From the NCBI GenBank assembly GCA_963560135.1, contig CAUWNA010000040.1:9734-73733 (forward strand): a DNA stretch of 64,000 bases, written 5' to 3'. This DNA is from an uncultured Oscillospiraceae bacterium. GTDB lineage: Bacteria; Bacillota; Clostridia; Oscillospirales; Oscillospiraceae. The notes under the pieces were generated by a model. That model saw only the letters and a program-made list of their open reading frames with translations, had not been told where the DNA came from and searched no databases. Positions 9,139 to 18,342 of the stretch are shown here, one piece after another. The position numbers were made by a program, and so were the translations under genes. Position 1 is the stretch's first letter, and every line of letters begins with the position of its first letter.

Positions 9139-9190
9139 CAACCCCCATGCCGGGAATGATCCCGACACGGGGGTTGTATCTGTTTTCTTG
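9139..9190. terminator. Hairpin terminator between convergent genes
   Basis: Stem caaccccc...gggggttg with T-rich tracts on both sides, located between the HTH pseudogene and the stop codon of the ADP-ribosylglycohydrolase gene. Confidence 0.5.
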
Positions 9191-9207
9191 GCAGCAGTGC
9201 GTCTGCG

Positions 9208-10308
9208 TTACTGCCCGCCGTGGAGGTACTTGTAGTCCCAGTCCAGGTCGAACAGCTTGTTGCCCATCTCCATAGGGCAGCCGGTGAACAAATCGTCTGC
9301 CAGCTCCTTAAGGGTTTCGGCCGGCTCCAAGCATTCGATGTAGAATTCCGGCATGGCCTCCTCTCCCAGGCGGATGCCCAGGATTGCCCCCGCCACCGCT
9401 CCCACGGCGGCGCTGCGGCCGGAGTGGTTCACGGCGGTAATCATGGCCCGGTCAAAGTCGCCGCCGCTGACGAGGCAGGCGTAAATCGCCCCCGCCAGCA
9501 CCTGCGCCGCAGTTTCGCAGCCCAGCTGCTCCATAACGTCCACCGGCTTGAGATTGGGGGATTGGGCGTAGGTCATGGCATGGCGCACCAAAGTAGCAAT
9601 TTCAAACGCCTGGCTGTACTGGTGGCCGAACTGGTCCTTCACCGTCTCAATGGCATCCACAATCAAGGGTTTCAATGGCACATTGGGCCGCCCAATCAGA
9701 CGGCTGAGCAGATGGGCCAGCACCGCCCCGGACAAAAATGCACCGGGATTGCCATGGGTCAGCGCCACGGCCTCCGCACCCAGGCGGTCGATTTCCAGCT
9801 GCTCCATCCGGTTCTGGTGGAAGAACAGCCCCACCCCTACAGCGCTGGTCAGGCCGCCGGGGTCGGAAAAGCTATTCCGAGGCGTTTCCAGCGTGCCCAG
9901 ATTCTCCCGGCTCAAGCTGTCCAGCATCCGGGTGTCCATGCAGTGACGGCGGCACAGCTCCGGCCGACGAATCAGCCAGCAGTAGGTGCGGCTGGGCCGC
10001 CCCCAGGGCCGCTGGGAGGCCGCCCATTCCCGGCTGCTCAGGGCAATATACTTGATAAAGGGCGCCATGCGGCCGGTCATCTGCCCCCGGGTCAGGCCCA
10101 GAAGCAGTCCATTGCAGGTGAATGCCGCCAGCTGGGTATAGGAGGTGACATCGGCATAGCCGTTGACCAGGTCATAGCCCAGCAGGCCATTGGGGCCGTA
10201 GTCCTCCTGAATCTCCCGCCAGGTGCGGCTGTCCACGGTATAGCCCATGGCATCGCCCACCGCCATGCCCAGCAGGCATCCGCGGTAAGCAGAACGGGTG
10301 ATGGCCAT
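9208..10308 (-). CDS. ADP-ribosylglycohydrolase family protein
   Basis: 366 aa. N-terminal family signature YRGCLLGMAVGDAMGY and C-terminal metal-site region VNHSGRSAAVGAVAGAILG. Confidence 0.85.
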   Translation of the reverse strand: MAITRSAYRGCLLGMAVGDAMGYTVDSRTWREIQEDYGPNGLLGYDLVNGYADVTSYTQLAAFTCNGLLLGLTRGQMTGRMAPFIKYIALSSREWAASQRPWGRPSRTYCWLIRRPELCRRHCMDTRMLDSLSRENLGTLETPRNSFSDPGGLTSAVGVGLFFHQNRMEQLEIDRLGAEAVALTHGNPGAFLSGAVLAHLLSRLIGRPNVPLKPLIVDAIETVKDQFGHQYSQAFEIATLVRHAMTYAQSPNLKPVDVMEQLGCETAAQVLAGAIYACLVSGGDFDRAMITAVNHSGRSAAVGAVAGAILGIRLGEEAMPEFYIECLEPAETLKELADDLFTGCPMEMGNKLFDLDWDYKYLHGGQ

Positions 10309-10387
10309 TGATGCGCCCTCCTTCCATATTTCTTAAGATAGATTATAGCTGTCTTTTGGGGAAAACGCAAGGGGAAAACCGCTCTTT

Positions 10388-11746
10388 TCACGAAAGCAGT
10401 GCATCCAGCGCCGCCAGCAGCAGTGGAATCTGCGCCTCGGTCATGGTGGCGTAATTCACCACCAGACAGCGCCGGTCCTGAGGCTGGTCGTGGTAAAAGT
10501 CCCGCAGGGCGTGGATACGGATGCCCTGCTTCGCCAGCTGCTCCACCAATTCCCGGTCCGGCAGCCGGGTGTCCAGCCCCAGCAGAAAATGCACCCCGGC
10601 ATCCTGCTCCACCAGAGTAAGCCTGCCCTCCGTATCCCAACTGCGCAGGGCGGTGAACAGGGCGTTGCGCTGGTTTTTGTAGAATTTGCGCATACGGTTG
10701 ATGTGCTTTTCAAAATGCCCCCGGCTGAGAAACCGGGCCAGGGTGTACTGCTCGAAGCTGGGCACGGTGCAGCTGTAAAATCCCAGCTGCCGCTGAAACC
10801 GCTCCATCAGCGGCCCCGGCAGCACCAGGTAGCTGATACGGATGGAGGGGGCCAGCGACCGGGAGAAGGTGTTCATGTAAATCACCCGGCCCTGACGGTC
10901 CAGGGTCTGCATGGCGGGAATGGGGTGGGCATCGAAGCGAAATTCCGAGTCGTAGTCATCCTCGATGATCCACTTGTCCTCCCCGGCCCAGGCCAGCAGC
11001 TCCAGCCGCCGCCGTACCGGGGTCACCAGGCCGGTGGGAAAATGGTGAGACGGCGACAGGTGGAGCACCTGGGCATCCTCCAGCTGCCTGGGGCAAACCC
11101 CCTGGCCGTCCATGGGGGCGCTGCGGCAGGTGGCGCCGGCGGCGGCATAGATTTTTCGGATCTTGCCGTAGCCCGGCTCCTCCACCGCATACACCAGCTC
11201 CCGGCCCAGCAGTTGAATCAGCAGGTTGTACAGAAAGTCCGTTCCCGCACCCACCAAAATATTCTCCGGGTCCACATCCATGCCCCGGAAGCCGGACAGG
11301 TGCTGGGCGATGGCCTGGCGCAGCTCCGGCAGGCCCCGGTTGGGCAGCGGTTGCAGCAGCTGCTGGCCGTAGTCCAGCATCACCTCCCGCTGAAGCCGCA
11401 CCCAGACGGAAAAGGGAAACTGCTGGCTGCCGCTGCCGGTCAGGTCCAGCTTCCAGGGCTCCGGCGGCTGGGGCGCCGGGGGCAGGGGCAGCACACAGCG
11501 CCGCTCCACCGTCTCCACAAAATACCCCACCTTTTCCACCGAGCGCAGATATCCCTCCGACAGCAGCTGGTTGTAGGCCGCTTCCACGGTGATCACGCTG
11601 AGTTCCAGATTCTGGGCCAGGGAGCGCTTGGAGGGCAGCTTCTGCCCGGGGACCAGGCTGCCTTGGAGAATGTCCTCCCGAATGCAGCGGTACAGGGCCT
11701 CGTACAGCGGCACCCCCGGGGCTTTTTTCAAGTCATAGGTCAGCAT
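10388..11746 (-). CDS. MocR/PdxR-type regulator (GntR HTH fused to a class-I aminotransferase-like domain)
   Basis: 452 aa. N-terminal GntR wHTH (LPSKRSLAQNLELSVITVEAAYNQLLSEGYL) plus a PLP-fold domain (YMNTFSRSLAPSIRISY). Confidence 0.88.
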   Translation of the reverse strand: MLTYDLKKAPGVPLYEALYRCIREDILQGSLVPGQKLPSKRSLAQNLELSVITVEAAYNQLLSEGYLRSVEKVGYFVETVERRCVLPLPPAPQPPEPWKLDLTGSGSQQFPFSVWVRLQREVMLDYGQQLLQPLPNRGLPELRQAIAQHLSGFRGMDVDPENILVGAGTDFLYNLLIQLLGRELVYAVEEPGYGKIRKIYAAAGATCRSAPMDGQGVCPRQLEDAQVLHLSPSHHFPTGLVTPVRRRLELLAWAGEDKWIIEDDYDSEFRFDAHPIPAMQTLDRQGRVIYMNTFSRSLAPSIRISYLVLPGPLMERFQRQLGFYSCTVPSFEQYTLARFLSRGHFEKHINRMRKFYKNQRNALFTALRSWDTEGRLTLVEQDAGVHFLLGLDTRLPDRELVEQLAKQGIRIHALRDFYHDQPQDRRCLVVNYATMTEAQIPLLLAALDALLS

Positions 11747-11751
11747 ACGCC

Positions 11752-12438
11752 TTACCCCTGCTCATACAGGGGACGGACGGGGTCATAGGGCTGGGGGCGG
11801 TAGGTAACGGAGCCGATGGGCTTACCCTCGATGCCGTACTTGGGATTGTAGCCAAATAGGTTTACATAATTCAGCAAATCATCCCGTTCCAGCTCCATCT
11901 GCTCCATCACCGCCACGGTAGCCAGCACATCATCCACAGCCCGGTGGGAGTTGACCACCTGCTCCGAAAGGCCGTACTGCTCAATGGCGCTGCTGAGCTT
12001 ATGGGGGAAGCTGTGGCGGTCCCGGTAGACGGTAAGCAGGTCCAGCTTGTCCTTTCCCTTCAAAATGGCAGGGTCGCCGTCCCGCAGCAGCATGTAAAAC
12101 AGGAAGCTCAAATCAAAATGGGCGTTGTAGGCCAGCAGCAGGGTATTGCCTCCGATCATCTGGGCAATGTCCCGGCAGATGCGGGTTTTGGGCAGGCCCC
12201 GCTGGCGCAGGTCGGCGGTGGAGATGCCGGTGAGCTGCTGGATCTTCGGGGGCACGAAGCCGCCGGGGGACAGGGCCACCAGCTGGTCGTATTCCTGCAC
12301 CACCCGGCACTGGCCGTCCACCCGTTCCAGCACCACGGCGGCAAATTCGATGATTTCGTCCCGGCTGTACAGCAGGCCGGTGGTCTCGGTGTCAAACAGC
12401 ACCAGACGGTCGTATTTGGAAAACAGACTTTCAAACAT
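11752..12438 (-). CDS. DEDDh 3'-5' exonuclease (DnaQ/epsilon-like domain protein)
   Basis: LFDTETTGL ExoI motif, AYNAHFDLSFL ExoII motif and HRAVDDV ExoIII motif. Start taken at MFESLF (12438), overlapping the upstream stop codon by 8 nt. Confidence 0.85.
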   Translation of the reverse strand: MFESLFSKYDRLVLFDTETTGLLYSRDEIIEFAAVVLERVDGQCRVVQEYDQLVALSPGGFVPPKIQQLTGISTADLRQRGLPKTRICRDIAQMIGGNTLLLAYNAHFDLSFLFYMLLRDGDPAILKGKDKLDLLTVYRDRHSFPHKLSSAIEQYGLSEQVVNSHRAVDDVLATVAVMEQMELERDDLLNYVNLFGYNPKYGIEGKPIGSVTYRPQPYDPVRPLYEQG

Positions 12439-13057
12439 GCTCTCTCTCTCCCAGGGGATGTTCGTCTTCTTTTGGGCCGTTGGGGCGCATGACCCGGCAG
12501 GGGCTGCCCCAGGCCACAGTGTTGGCCGGGATGTCATGGGTGACCACGCTTCCCGCCCCGATGGTCACATTGTCTCCAATGGTCACTCCAGGCAGAATCA
12601 CCACGCCGCCGCCAATCCACACATTGCTGCCAATCACCACCGGCGCCGTCTGGGTTTTGCAGAAGGAGAAGGAGCCGTCGGGCTGCACCGGGCCAAACCG
12701 CTCTGAAGCGCTGGTGGGATGGAAGGCGGTATAAATCTGTACATTGGGAGCAATCAGGGCGTTGTCGCCGATGATGATGCGGTTATCATCCAGGAAGGTG
12801 CAGTTCATATTCACCTCGCAGTTGTTGCCGAAGAAAATATTCTCCCCATAATCCACGTAAAACGGCGGCGTAATCCACAGGTTCTTGCCTCTGTCGCCCA
12901 GAAGCTTATCCAGGACCGCGTCCTTTTCCGCCAAATTTTGGCTGTCCAGCTGGTTGTAGTCCCGCACCAGGTTCTTGGCTTCGTGCCAGCGGGCCAGCAG
13001 GTCCTTGTCGCCGCAGTCATAGAGCTGTCCTGCCAGCATTTTCTCTCGTTCTGTCAT
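12431..13057 (-). CDS. maa: Maltose/galactoside O-acetyltransferase (left-handed beta-helix)
   Basis: 208 aa. MTEREKMLAGQLYD Mac-type N-terminus and hexapeptide repeats (IGDNALIAPNVQI, IGSNVWIGGGVVILPGVTIGDNVTIGAGSVV). Confidence 0.88.
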   Translation of the reverse strand: MTEREKMLAGQLYDCGDKDLLARWHEAKNLVRDYNQLDSQNLAEKDAVLDKLLGDRGKNLWITPPFYVDYGENIFFGNNCEVNMNCTFLDDNRIIIGDNALIAPNVQIYTAFHPTSASERFGPVQPDGSFSFCKTQTAPVVIGSNVWIGGGVVILPGVTIGDNVTIGAGSVVTHDIPANTVAWGSPCRVMRPNGPKEDEHPLGEREHV

Positions 13058-13650
13058 GGGTCGATTCCTCCATTCAGGGCCAGGGCCAAGGCCCGGGCCT
13101 GCTTACTTGCTTGCTCCGGCTTCAGGGAAAACTGCCGGGCCAGCTCCTGGGTGAAGGCATCCGCCGCTTCCTGGTCCCCGGATTTCAGCTCCACCTCCAC
13201 CTCACACAGGGGCTGCTCCCGGCCGCTGCCGGTGAGCACACCCCGATCCAGAGCCAGCTCCACCTGGGCCTGGGGCAGGGTGATGGTTCTGGCCAGCCGG
13301 GTGAATTTCGCCCCGCACAGCGGCCGCAGGCCGCTGGCCGTCAGCGCCAGCAGTTCTGCCGGAGCGCCCTGACGGATGAGGGAAAACAGGGCCTGCATCA
13401 AATGGGGGCTTTCTTCTTCCCATTCTCCCCGGCTGCCGTCTTCCAGGGGGACTTTCACGGCGCACACGCTGGTGCCGTTTTCCAGCCGCTGGCGCAGAGT
13501 CCACCGCCGGGCGCTGAGCTTTAGATCCGGGGTGTCAAAATAGGTTGTCTCCATGGTAATTGGGGAAAACGGCCCCCAGGCCGCCTCCATCGCCTCCAAG
13601 GTCTTGGCATCGGCGGCAAATTTTCGTTCAAATTCTCTGGACATGGGCAT
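13054..13650 (-). CDS. CYTH (triphosphate tunnel metalloenzyme) domain protein
   Basis: 198 aa. N-terminal EFERKF (ExExK) motif and alternating charged beta-strands typical of CYTH. 4 nt overlap with maa. Confidence 0.7.
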   Translation of the reverse strand: MPMSREFERKFAADAKTLEAMEAAWGPFSPITMETTYFDTPDLKLSARRWTLRQRLENGTSVCAVKVPLEDGSRGEWEEESPHLMQALFSLIRQGAPAELLALTASGLRPLCGAKFTRLARTITLPQAQVELALDRGVLTGSGREQPLCEVEVELKSGDQEAADAFTQELARQFSLKPEQASKQARALALALNGGIDP

Positions 13651-13812
13651 ACTCTCCCGTTTTCGGCGCAGCCTGGCTGCGGTAATCTGCCCCCATTATA
13701 CACAGGCTGGGGCCGGGATGCAAGAATCTTTCCGCCCATTGCCATTCCGACAGCATAATTTCTCCCGGCGTGGTAGGATTGCACTATCTCAAGGAAAGGC
13801 AGTGGTACACAA

Positions 13813-15714
13813 ATGATGGTGGAAACCTATTTGCGCCGGGGGCAGAGGAGCTTGCAGCGGATGGCGCTGGAACCGGGCGTGCGCCGGGCGGCTCAGGCGG
13901 CGGTGTGCACGGTGGCGGGCTTTCTGGGCAGCGCCGCCAGCCTGGGCCAGTCGCCTCAGCCCCTAGCCATGGGGCTGATCACCGCCGTGACCGGTTGGCG
14001 GGCGGTGCTCATCTGCCTGGGGGCCATGGCGGGATATCCCCTGTTCTGGGGCATGGCGGGCAGCCAGGGGGTGGTGTGGTCCGCCGCCGGCGGGCTGCTG
14101 ACCCTGCTGGTAGGCAATCGGGAAGAACGAAAGGACCAGCCTTTGATGATTCCCGCCCTGGCGGCGGTGCTCACGGCGGTGGCTGGGCTGTGCTTCCGGC
14201 TGCTGCTGCACGACGGCACGCCGGTGCGAATCTTTGCCCTGCGGGTGGTCGTCACCTTTTTTACATCTGCCCTGTTTGGGCAAAGCGCCCGGTGCCGGGA
14301 CCCCATCACCGACTGGCTGTGCCTGGGCCTTGCCACCTTGGCTCTGGCCCAGGTGGAGCTGGGGCCGTATGGCAATCTGGGCTATGCCGCCGGGGCGGCG
14401 GTAGCAGTGGCAGGGGCCTTCCCCGGGGCAGCCCTGGCAGGGCTGGGGCTGGATTTGGCCCAGGTCAGCCCGATGCCCATGACGGCGGTGCTGTGCCTGG
14501 CCTATTTCATTCGGCTGATTCCCTTTGACAAGCGGTGGCAGCACTACATCGGGCCGCCCCTGGCCTATGGCCTGCTGCTGGCGGTGACCGGCCGCTGGGC
14601 TATCCAGCCGCTGCCGGCTCTGGCAGTGGGCAGCGTCCTGGGTGCGTTTCTCCCACCCCGGCCCCAGCTGATTCACCGCCGGGGGCAGACCGGCACGGCC
14701 CAGGTCCGTCTGGAGCTGGGTGCTCAGGTGCTCACCGCTGCCGCAGGCATGGTAGCGGAGCGGATTCCCGGCCCCATCGACCAGGAGGCCCTGCTGGACA
14801 AAGCCCGCCAGCGGGCCTGCACCACCTGCTCCCTGCGCAAATCCTGCCTGGATCAGGCCCAGCTGACAGTGCAGCTGCTGGAATACCCCCTGGATACCCA
14901 ATGCCGGAAGGCCGGGCGGCTGATTCCCGAGCTGCGCCGTGCCCAGGATCAGCTGCGCTGGATGAAGGCGGACAGGCTCCGCCAGCAGGAGTATCGCCAG
15001 GCCCTGATCCAGCAGTACCGCTTCCTGGGGAATTACCTGCGCACCCTGGCCGACGGCCTGCCCCGGCATTCCACAACCGGAGAACCATCCTACCGAGTAG
15101 AGGTTTCCGCCCGATCCCGGGGGAAGGAGGCCGCCAATGGGGATGTGTGCCTGGCCTTTTCCGGGACGGAGTGCCGGTATTTTGTAGCGCTGTGCGACGG
15201 CATGGGCACCGGGCTGGGAGCTGCCCAGGACAGCCGGGAGGTGGCCCGGCTGCTGCGGAAGATGCTCACCGCCGGATTTCCGCCGGAACACGCCCTGCCC
15301 AGCATCAACAGTCTGCTGACCCTGGGCAGCAGTGCCGGGGCCGCTACCATGGATTTGGCAGAGCTGCGGCTGGACACCGGCAGCGTCACACTGTACAAAT
15401 GGGGCGCTGCCCCCAGCTGGCTGCTGCGGCGGTCCGGGGCAGAAAAAATCGGGACAGCCACGCCCCCGCCGGGTCTTGGCATTGAGCCGGTGACCATGGC
15501 GGTGCGAAAGCTGTCCCTTCGTCAGGGGGAGGCGCTGATTTTACTCAGCGATGGCGTGGACGGAGAGGAAGCCCTGCGCCAATTCTCTTTGACTCCGGAT
15601 GCGCCGCCTGGGGAGCTGGCGGCGAAAATTCTGGAGGAGGGCTGCCGGGACCGGGAGGACGATGCCACCGCAGCGGTGATTCGCCTGCGGCCGGTAAGCC
15701 TGCCTACATCCTAG
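13813..15714 (+). CDS. spoIIE: SpoIIE-family membrane PP2C phosphatase
   Basis: 633 aa. About 300 aa multi-TM N-terminal region and a C-terminal PP2C domain (FVALCDGMGTGLGAAQDS, ATMDLAELRLDTG, ILLSDGV, DDATAAVIRL). Confidence 0.85.
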   Translation: MMVETYLRRGQRSLQRMALEPGVRRAAQAAVCTVAGFLGSAASLGQSPQPLAMGLITAVTGWRAVLICLGAMAGYPLFWGMAGSQGVVWSAAGGLLTLLVGNREERKDQPLMIPALAAVLTAVAGLCFRLLLHDGTPVRIFALRVVVTFFTSALFGQSARCRDPITDWLCLGLATLALAQVELGPYGNLGYAAGAAVAVAGAFPGAALAGLGLDLAQVSPMPMTAVLCLAYFIRLIPFDKRWQHYIGPPLAYGLLLAVTGRWAIQPLPALAVGSVLGAFLPPRPQLIHRRGQTGTAQVRLELGAQVLTAAAGMVAERIPGPIDQEALLDKARQRACTTCSLRKSCLDQAQLTVQLLEYPLDTQCRKAGRLIPELRRAQDQLRWMKADRLRQQEYRQALIQQYRFLGNYLRTLADGLPRHSTTGEPSYRVEVSARSRGKEAANGDVCLAFSGTECRYFVALCDGMGTGLGAAQDSREVARLLRKMLTAGFPPEHALPSINSLLTLGSSAGAATMDLAELRLDTGSVTLYKWGAAPSWLLRRSGAEKIGTATPPPGLGIEPVTMAVRKLSLRQGEALILLSDGVDGEEALRQFSLTPDAPPGELAAKILEEGCRDREDDATAAVIRLRPVSLPTS

Positions 15715-15795
15715 CATAGACCCGGTGCAAATGCTGTCGAAATCTTAGCTCTATGCTGTAAAATGCGGGAACTTCTTCCGGAAATGCAGAATTTT

Positions 15796-15820
15796 CCGGG
15801 GCGCAGAATCTGCGCCCCGG
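15796..15820. terminator. GC hairpin between convergent spoIIE and rubredoxin genes
   Basis: ccggggcgcaga-atc-tgcgccccgg. The flanking U-tracts are weak. Confidence 0.4.
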
Positions 15821-15842
15821 AAGGATGGTATTTTCTCACAGC

Positions 15843-15998
15843 TTACACCTGGGAGAACTCGTCCTTGCCCACCATGCACAGGGGGCACTGGAAATCCTCA
15901 GGCAGGTCCTCCCACTTGGTGCCGGGTGCAATGCCCTCCTCGGGGCAGCCCAGCTCCTCGTCATATTCCCAGCCGCAAACGTCGCAAACATACTTCAT
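15843..15998 (-). CDS. Rubredoxin (51 aa; below the ORF-track length cut-off)
   Basis: Own translation: MKYVCDVCGWEYDEELGCPEEGIAPGTKWEDLPEDFQCPLCMVGKDEFSQV, with both CxxC knuckles. AGGAGG RBS at 16007-16012. Confidence 0.92.
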   Translation of the reverse strand: MKYVCDVCGWEYDEELGCPEEGIAPGTKWEDLPEDFQCPLCMVGKDEFSQV

Positions 15999-16038
15999 AA
16001 TAAAATCCTCCTAAGCATGTAAATGGTAATTGATTCCA

Positions 16039-16416
16039 TCAGTTGACTTCGGTTTTCCACAGGCCGTGGAGATTGCAGTAGGCGTACACCGCCACAGGTT
16101 CTTCCCCTGCCAGGGCGAACACCGCCTTCGGGGCCTCGCCGGGCTTCAGGTACTTGCGCTGGCTGCCTCGGCTGGTTTCCAGCGCAATCCAGGAAATCCA
16201 GTGCTCCTGGGCCATAGGATGATTCACCGTACCCACATGAACCTGGATGGCATCGCCGGTGACAATCACCGCCGGCACATGCTTTTCGCCGCTGGCTTCC
16301 ACCGTATTGGGCATGAGCTTGTCCATCTTCTGGCCGCAGCAGTGGGGCACAACGTGGGCATCGTGAACCATTTCTACAATATTGCCGCAATGGGGGCAGA
16401 TATAAAAGGTCGTCAT
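16039..16416 (-). CDS. dfx: Desulfoferrodoxin (superoxide reductase, 2Fe type)
   Basis: CPHCGN...CCG desulforedoxin-like N-terminal site, plus EKHVP and a C-terminal CNLHGLW centre II. Start placed at MTTFYI (GGAGGA RBS). Confidence 0.9.
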   Translation of the reverse strand: MTTFYICPHCGNIVEMVHDAHVVPHCCGQKMDKLMPNTVEASGEKHVPAVIVTGDAIQVHVGTVNHPMAQEHWISWIALETSRGSQRKYLKPGEAPKAVFALAGEEPVAVYAYCNLHGLWKTEVN

Positions 16417-16536
16417 ATACGATTCCTCCATCAATTTGAAGTGGTGTGGTTTGGTTATGGCCTCATTCTAGCAGACAGCCGCCGCCCCTTCCGTGATTTC
16501 CTCACAGAAAAATTTGTACGAAAGGAAAAGTTTCCG

Positions 16537-16565
16537 TTGACAATCCAGTGAAAATGTATTATCAT
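16537..16565 (+). promoter_or_regulatory. Sigma-A type promoter of the riboswitch-agcS unit
   Basis: TTGACA, 17 nt spacer, TATCAT, located about 35 nt upstream of the riboswitch. Confidence 0.55.
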
Positions 16566-16597
16566 CAAAAGAGCAATCAAATAACGACAAAAGAAGT

Positions 16598-16760
16598 TCT
16601 TAGGAAAATGGCTTTTGCCTGCCGAAGGAGTAACACTCTCAGGCGCCTGGTATTCAGGCAGGGACTAAGGACAGATGTGGCTCTGGAGAATCCCGGAAAC
16701 GGGTACCGAAGGGGCAAGGCGGCTTGGCCGCTGAATCTCTCAGGTAAAAGGACAGAGTGG
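16598..16760 (+). promoter_or_regulatory. Glycine riboswitch leader
   Basis: The 3' aptamer (16681-16757) is near consensus: CTCTGGAGA...ACCGAAGGGGCAA...AATCTCTCAGGTAAAAGGACAGAG. The 5' unit (about 16598-16675) keeps GCCGAAGGAGTAA..CTCTCAGGC..AAGGACAG but has GGAAAA where GGAGAG is expected. Confidence 0.85.
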
Positions 16761-16800
16761 GAAGCATTCCCTGAATTTTCTGGAATTGTACCCATTTTTT

Positions 16801-16831
16801 CGCCGGAGCAATCTGCTTCCGGCGTTTTTTT
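16801..16831 (+). terminator. Riboswitch expression-platform terminator
   Basis: cgccggagc...gcttccggcg followed by TTTTTTT, 42 nt before the agcS start. Confidence 0.8.
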
Positions 16832-16872
16832 GTGGGTTATTTGCTGAAAACAAAGAAAATGAGGGAAAGACT

Positions 16873-18264
16873 ATGGAAACCATCCTGACAAACGTCGTAA
16901 ACTTTGTCAACGACATCCTGTGGAACAAGTGGCTGCTGCTTCTGTTTTTGCTGCTGGGCAGCGGTATCTATTTCACCATCCGCACCCGCTTCGTCCAGGT
17001 GCGCAAGTTTGGCAGCGGCCTGCGCATGGTTTTTGGCAGCATCAACCTCCGGGGAAAAGCCGCCGGCAAGGACGGCATGAGCTCTTTCCAAGCGCTGGCC
17101 ACCGCTGTTGCTGCCCAGGTGGGCACCGGCAACATCGCCGGCTGTGCCAGTGCGCTGGTGGCCGGCGGCCCGGGGGCTGTATTTTGGATGTGGATTTCTG
17201 CATTCTTCGGCATGGCCACCATCTATGGTGAAGCCGTCCTTTCCCAGAAATACCGCCACGTTGCCCCGGACGGTACCGTTTCCGGCGGCCCCATTTACTA
17301 CATCCGGGCGGCCTTCCGGGGGAAGCTGGGCACCTTCCTCTCCGGCTTCTTCGCCGTAGCCATCATCCTGGCTCTGGGCTTCATGGGCAACATGGTCCAG
17401 TCCAACTCCATTGGCGAAGCCTTCTTCACCGCCTTTGGCGTGCCCAAGCTGCTCACCGGCCTGGTGGTGGCCGGGTTGTCCGCCTTCATTTTCCTGGGCG
17501 GCGTAAAGCGGATCGCCGCCATGACCGAAAAGCTGGTGCCCATTATGGCCTGCTTCTACATTGTGGGAGCGCTGGCAGCCATTGCCATGAACTGGCACAG
17601 CATTCTGCCGGCATTCCAGGCCATTTTCCTGGGCGCTTTCCAGCCCCAGGCGGTGATGGGCGGCGTGATTGGCGTCAGCATTAAGGAGGCCGTCCGGTTT
17701 GGTGTGGCCAGAGGCCTGTTCTCCAATGAGGCCGGCATGGGCTCAACCCCCCATGCCCACGCAATGGCCAAGGTTGCCAAGCCCCAGGATCAGGGTGCTG
17801 TGGCCATCGTTGGCGTGTTCATCGATACCTTTGTGGTGCTGACCATCACCGCCCTGGTGATTCTCACCTCCGGCATGTTGGGAACCACCGGCGCAGACGG
17901 TGCGCTGCTGGATGCCACCGCCCTGGCCCAGGCCGCCTTTAACCATGCCTTTGGCAGCTTCGGCAATGCCTTTGTGGCCATCTGCCTGCTGTTCTTCGCC
18001 TTCTCCACCATCATCAGCTGGTACTTCTTCGGCGAAACCAACGTCAAAGCCCTGTTCCACGGCAGCAAGCTGGCCACCCGGCTGTATAGCCTCATCGCCC
18101 TGATGTGCATCGTGCTTGGCTCTTTCCAGAAGGTGGCCCTGGTGTGGAACATGTCCGACATGTTCAATGGTCTGATGGTGATTCCCAACCTACTGGCAGT
18201 GCTGGCCCTCAGCGGTGTGGTGAAGAAGTTTGCCACCGACGAGCATTACCTGGGCCGGGACTAA
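16873..18264 (+). CDS. agcS: Sodium:alanine (amino acid carrier, AGCS) family symporter
   Basis: AGCS family motifs (SSFQALATAVAAQVGTGNIAG, GLFSNEAGMGSTPHAHA). ATG at 16873 follows a GAGGGA RBS. A glycine riboswitch upstream is a known regulator of this family. Confidence 0.92.
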   Translation: METILTNVVNFVNDILWNKWLLLLFLLLGSGIYFTIRTRFVQVRKFGSGLRMVFGSINLRGKAAGKDGMSSFQALATAVAAQVGTGNIAGCASALVAGGPGAVFWMWISAFFGMATIYGEAVLSQKYRHVAPDGTVSGGPIYYIRAAFRGKLGTFLSGFFAVAIILALGFMGNMVQSNSIGEAFFTAFGVPKLLTGLVVAGLSAFIFLGGVKRIAAMTEKLVPIMACFYIVGALAAIAMNWHSILPAFQAIFLGAFQPQAVMGGVIGVSIKEAVRFGVARGLFSNEAGMGSTPHAHAMAKVAKPQDQGAVAIVGVFIDTFVVLTITALVILTSGMLGTTGADGALLDATALAQAAFNHAFGSFGNAFVAICLLFFAFSTIISWYFFGETNVKALFHGSKLATRLYSLIALMCIVLGSFQKVALVWNMSDMFNGLMVIPNLLAVLALSGVVKKFATDEHYLGRD

Positions 18265-18342
18265 CGCTGCACAAAAATCCCGCCGGGGAATAGAATGAAG
18301 TGAGCTTAGCGCTCGACAAATTCAGTTCCTGGAGGTCATCTT

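Noticed and set aside
8490-9275. 261-aa ORF that would be a large protein spanning the TraX 3' end through to the ADP-ribosylglycohydrolase gene.
   Set aside because: Only residues 45-140 make sense (TM helix plus HTH_3). The remainder is read-through caused by the frameshift near 8910, and the proper C-terminus is in the +1 frame.
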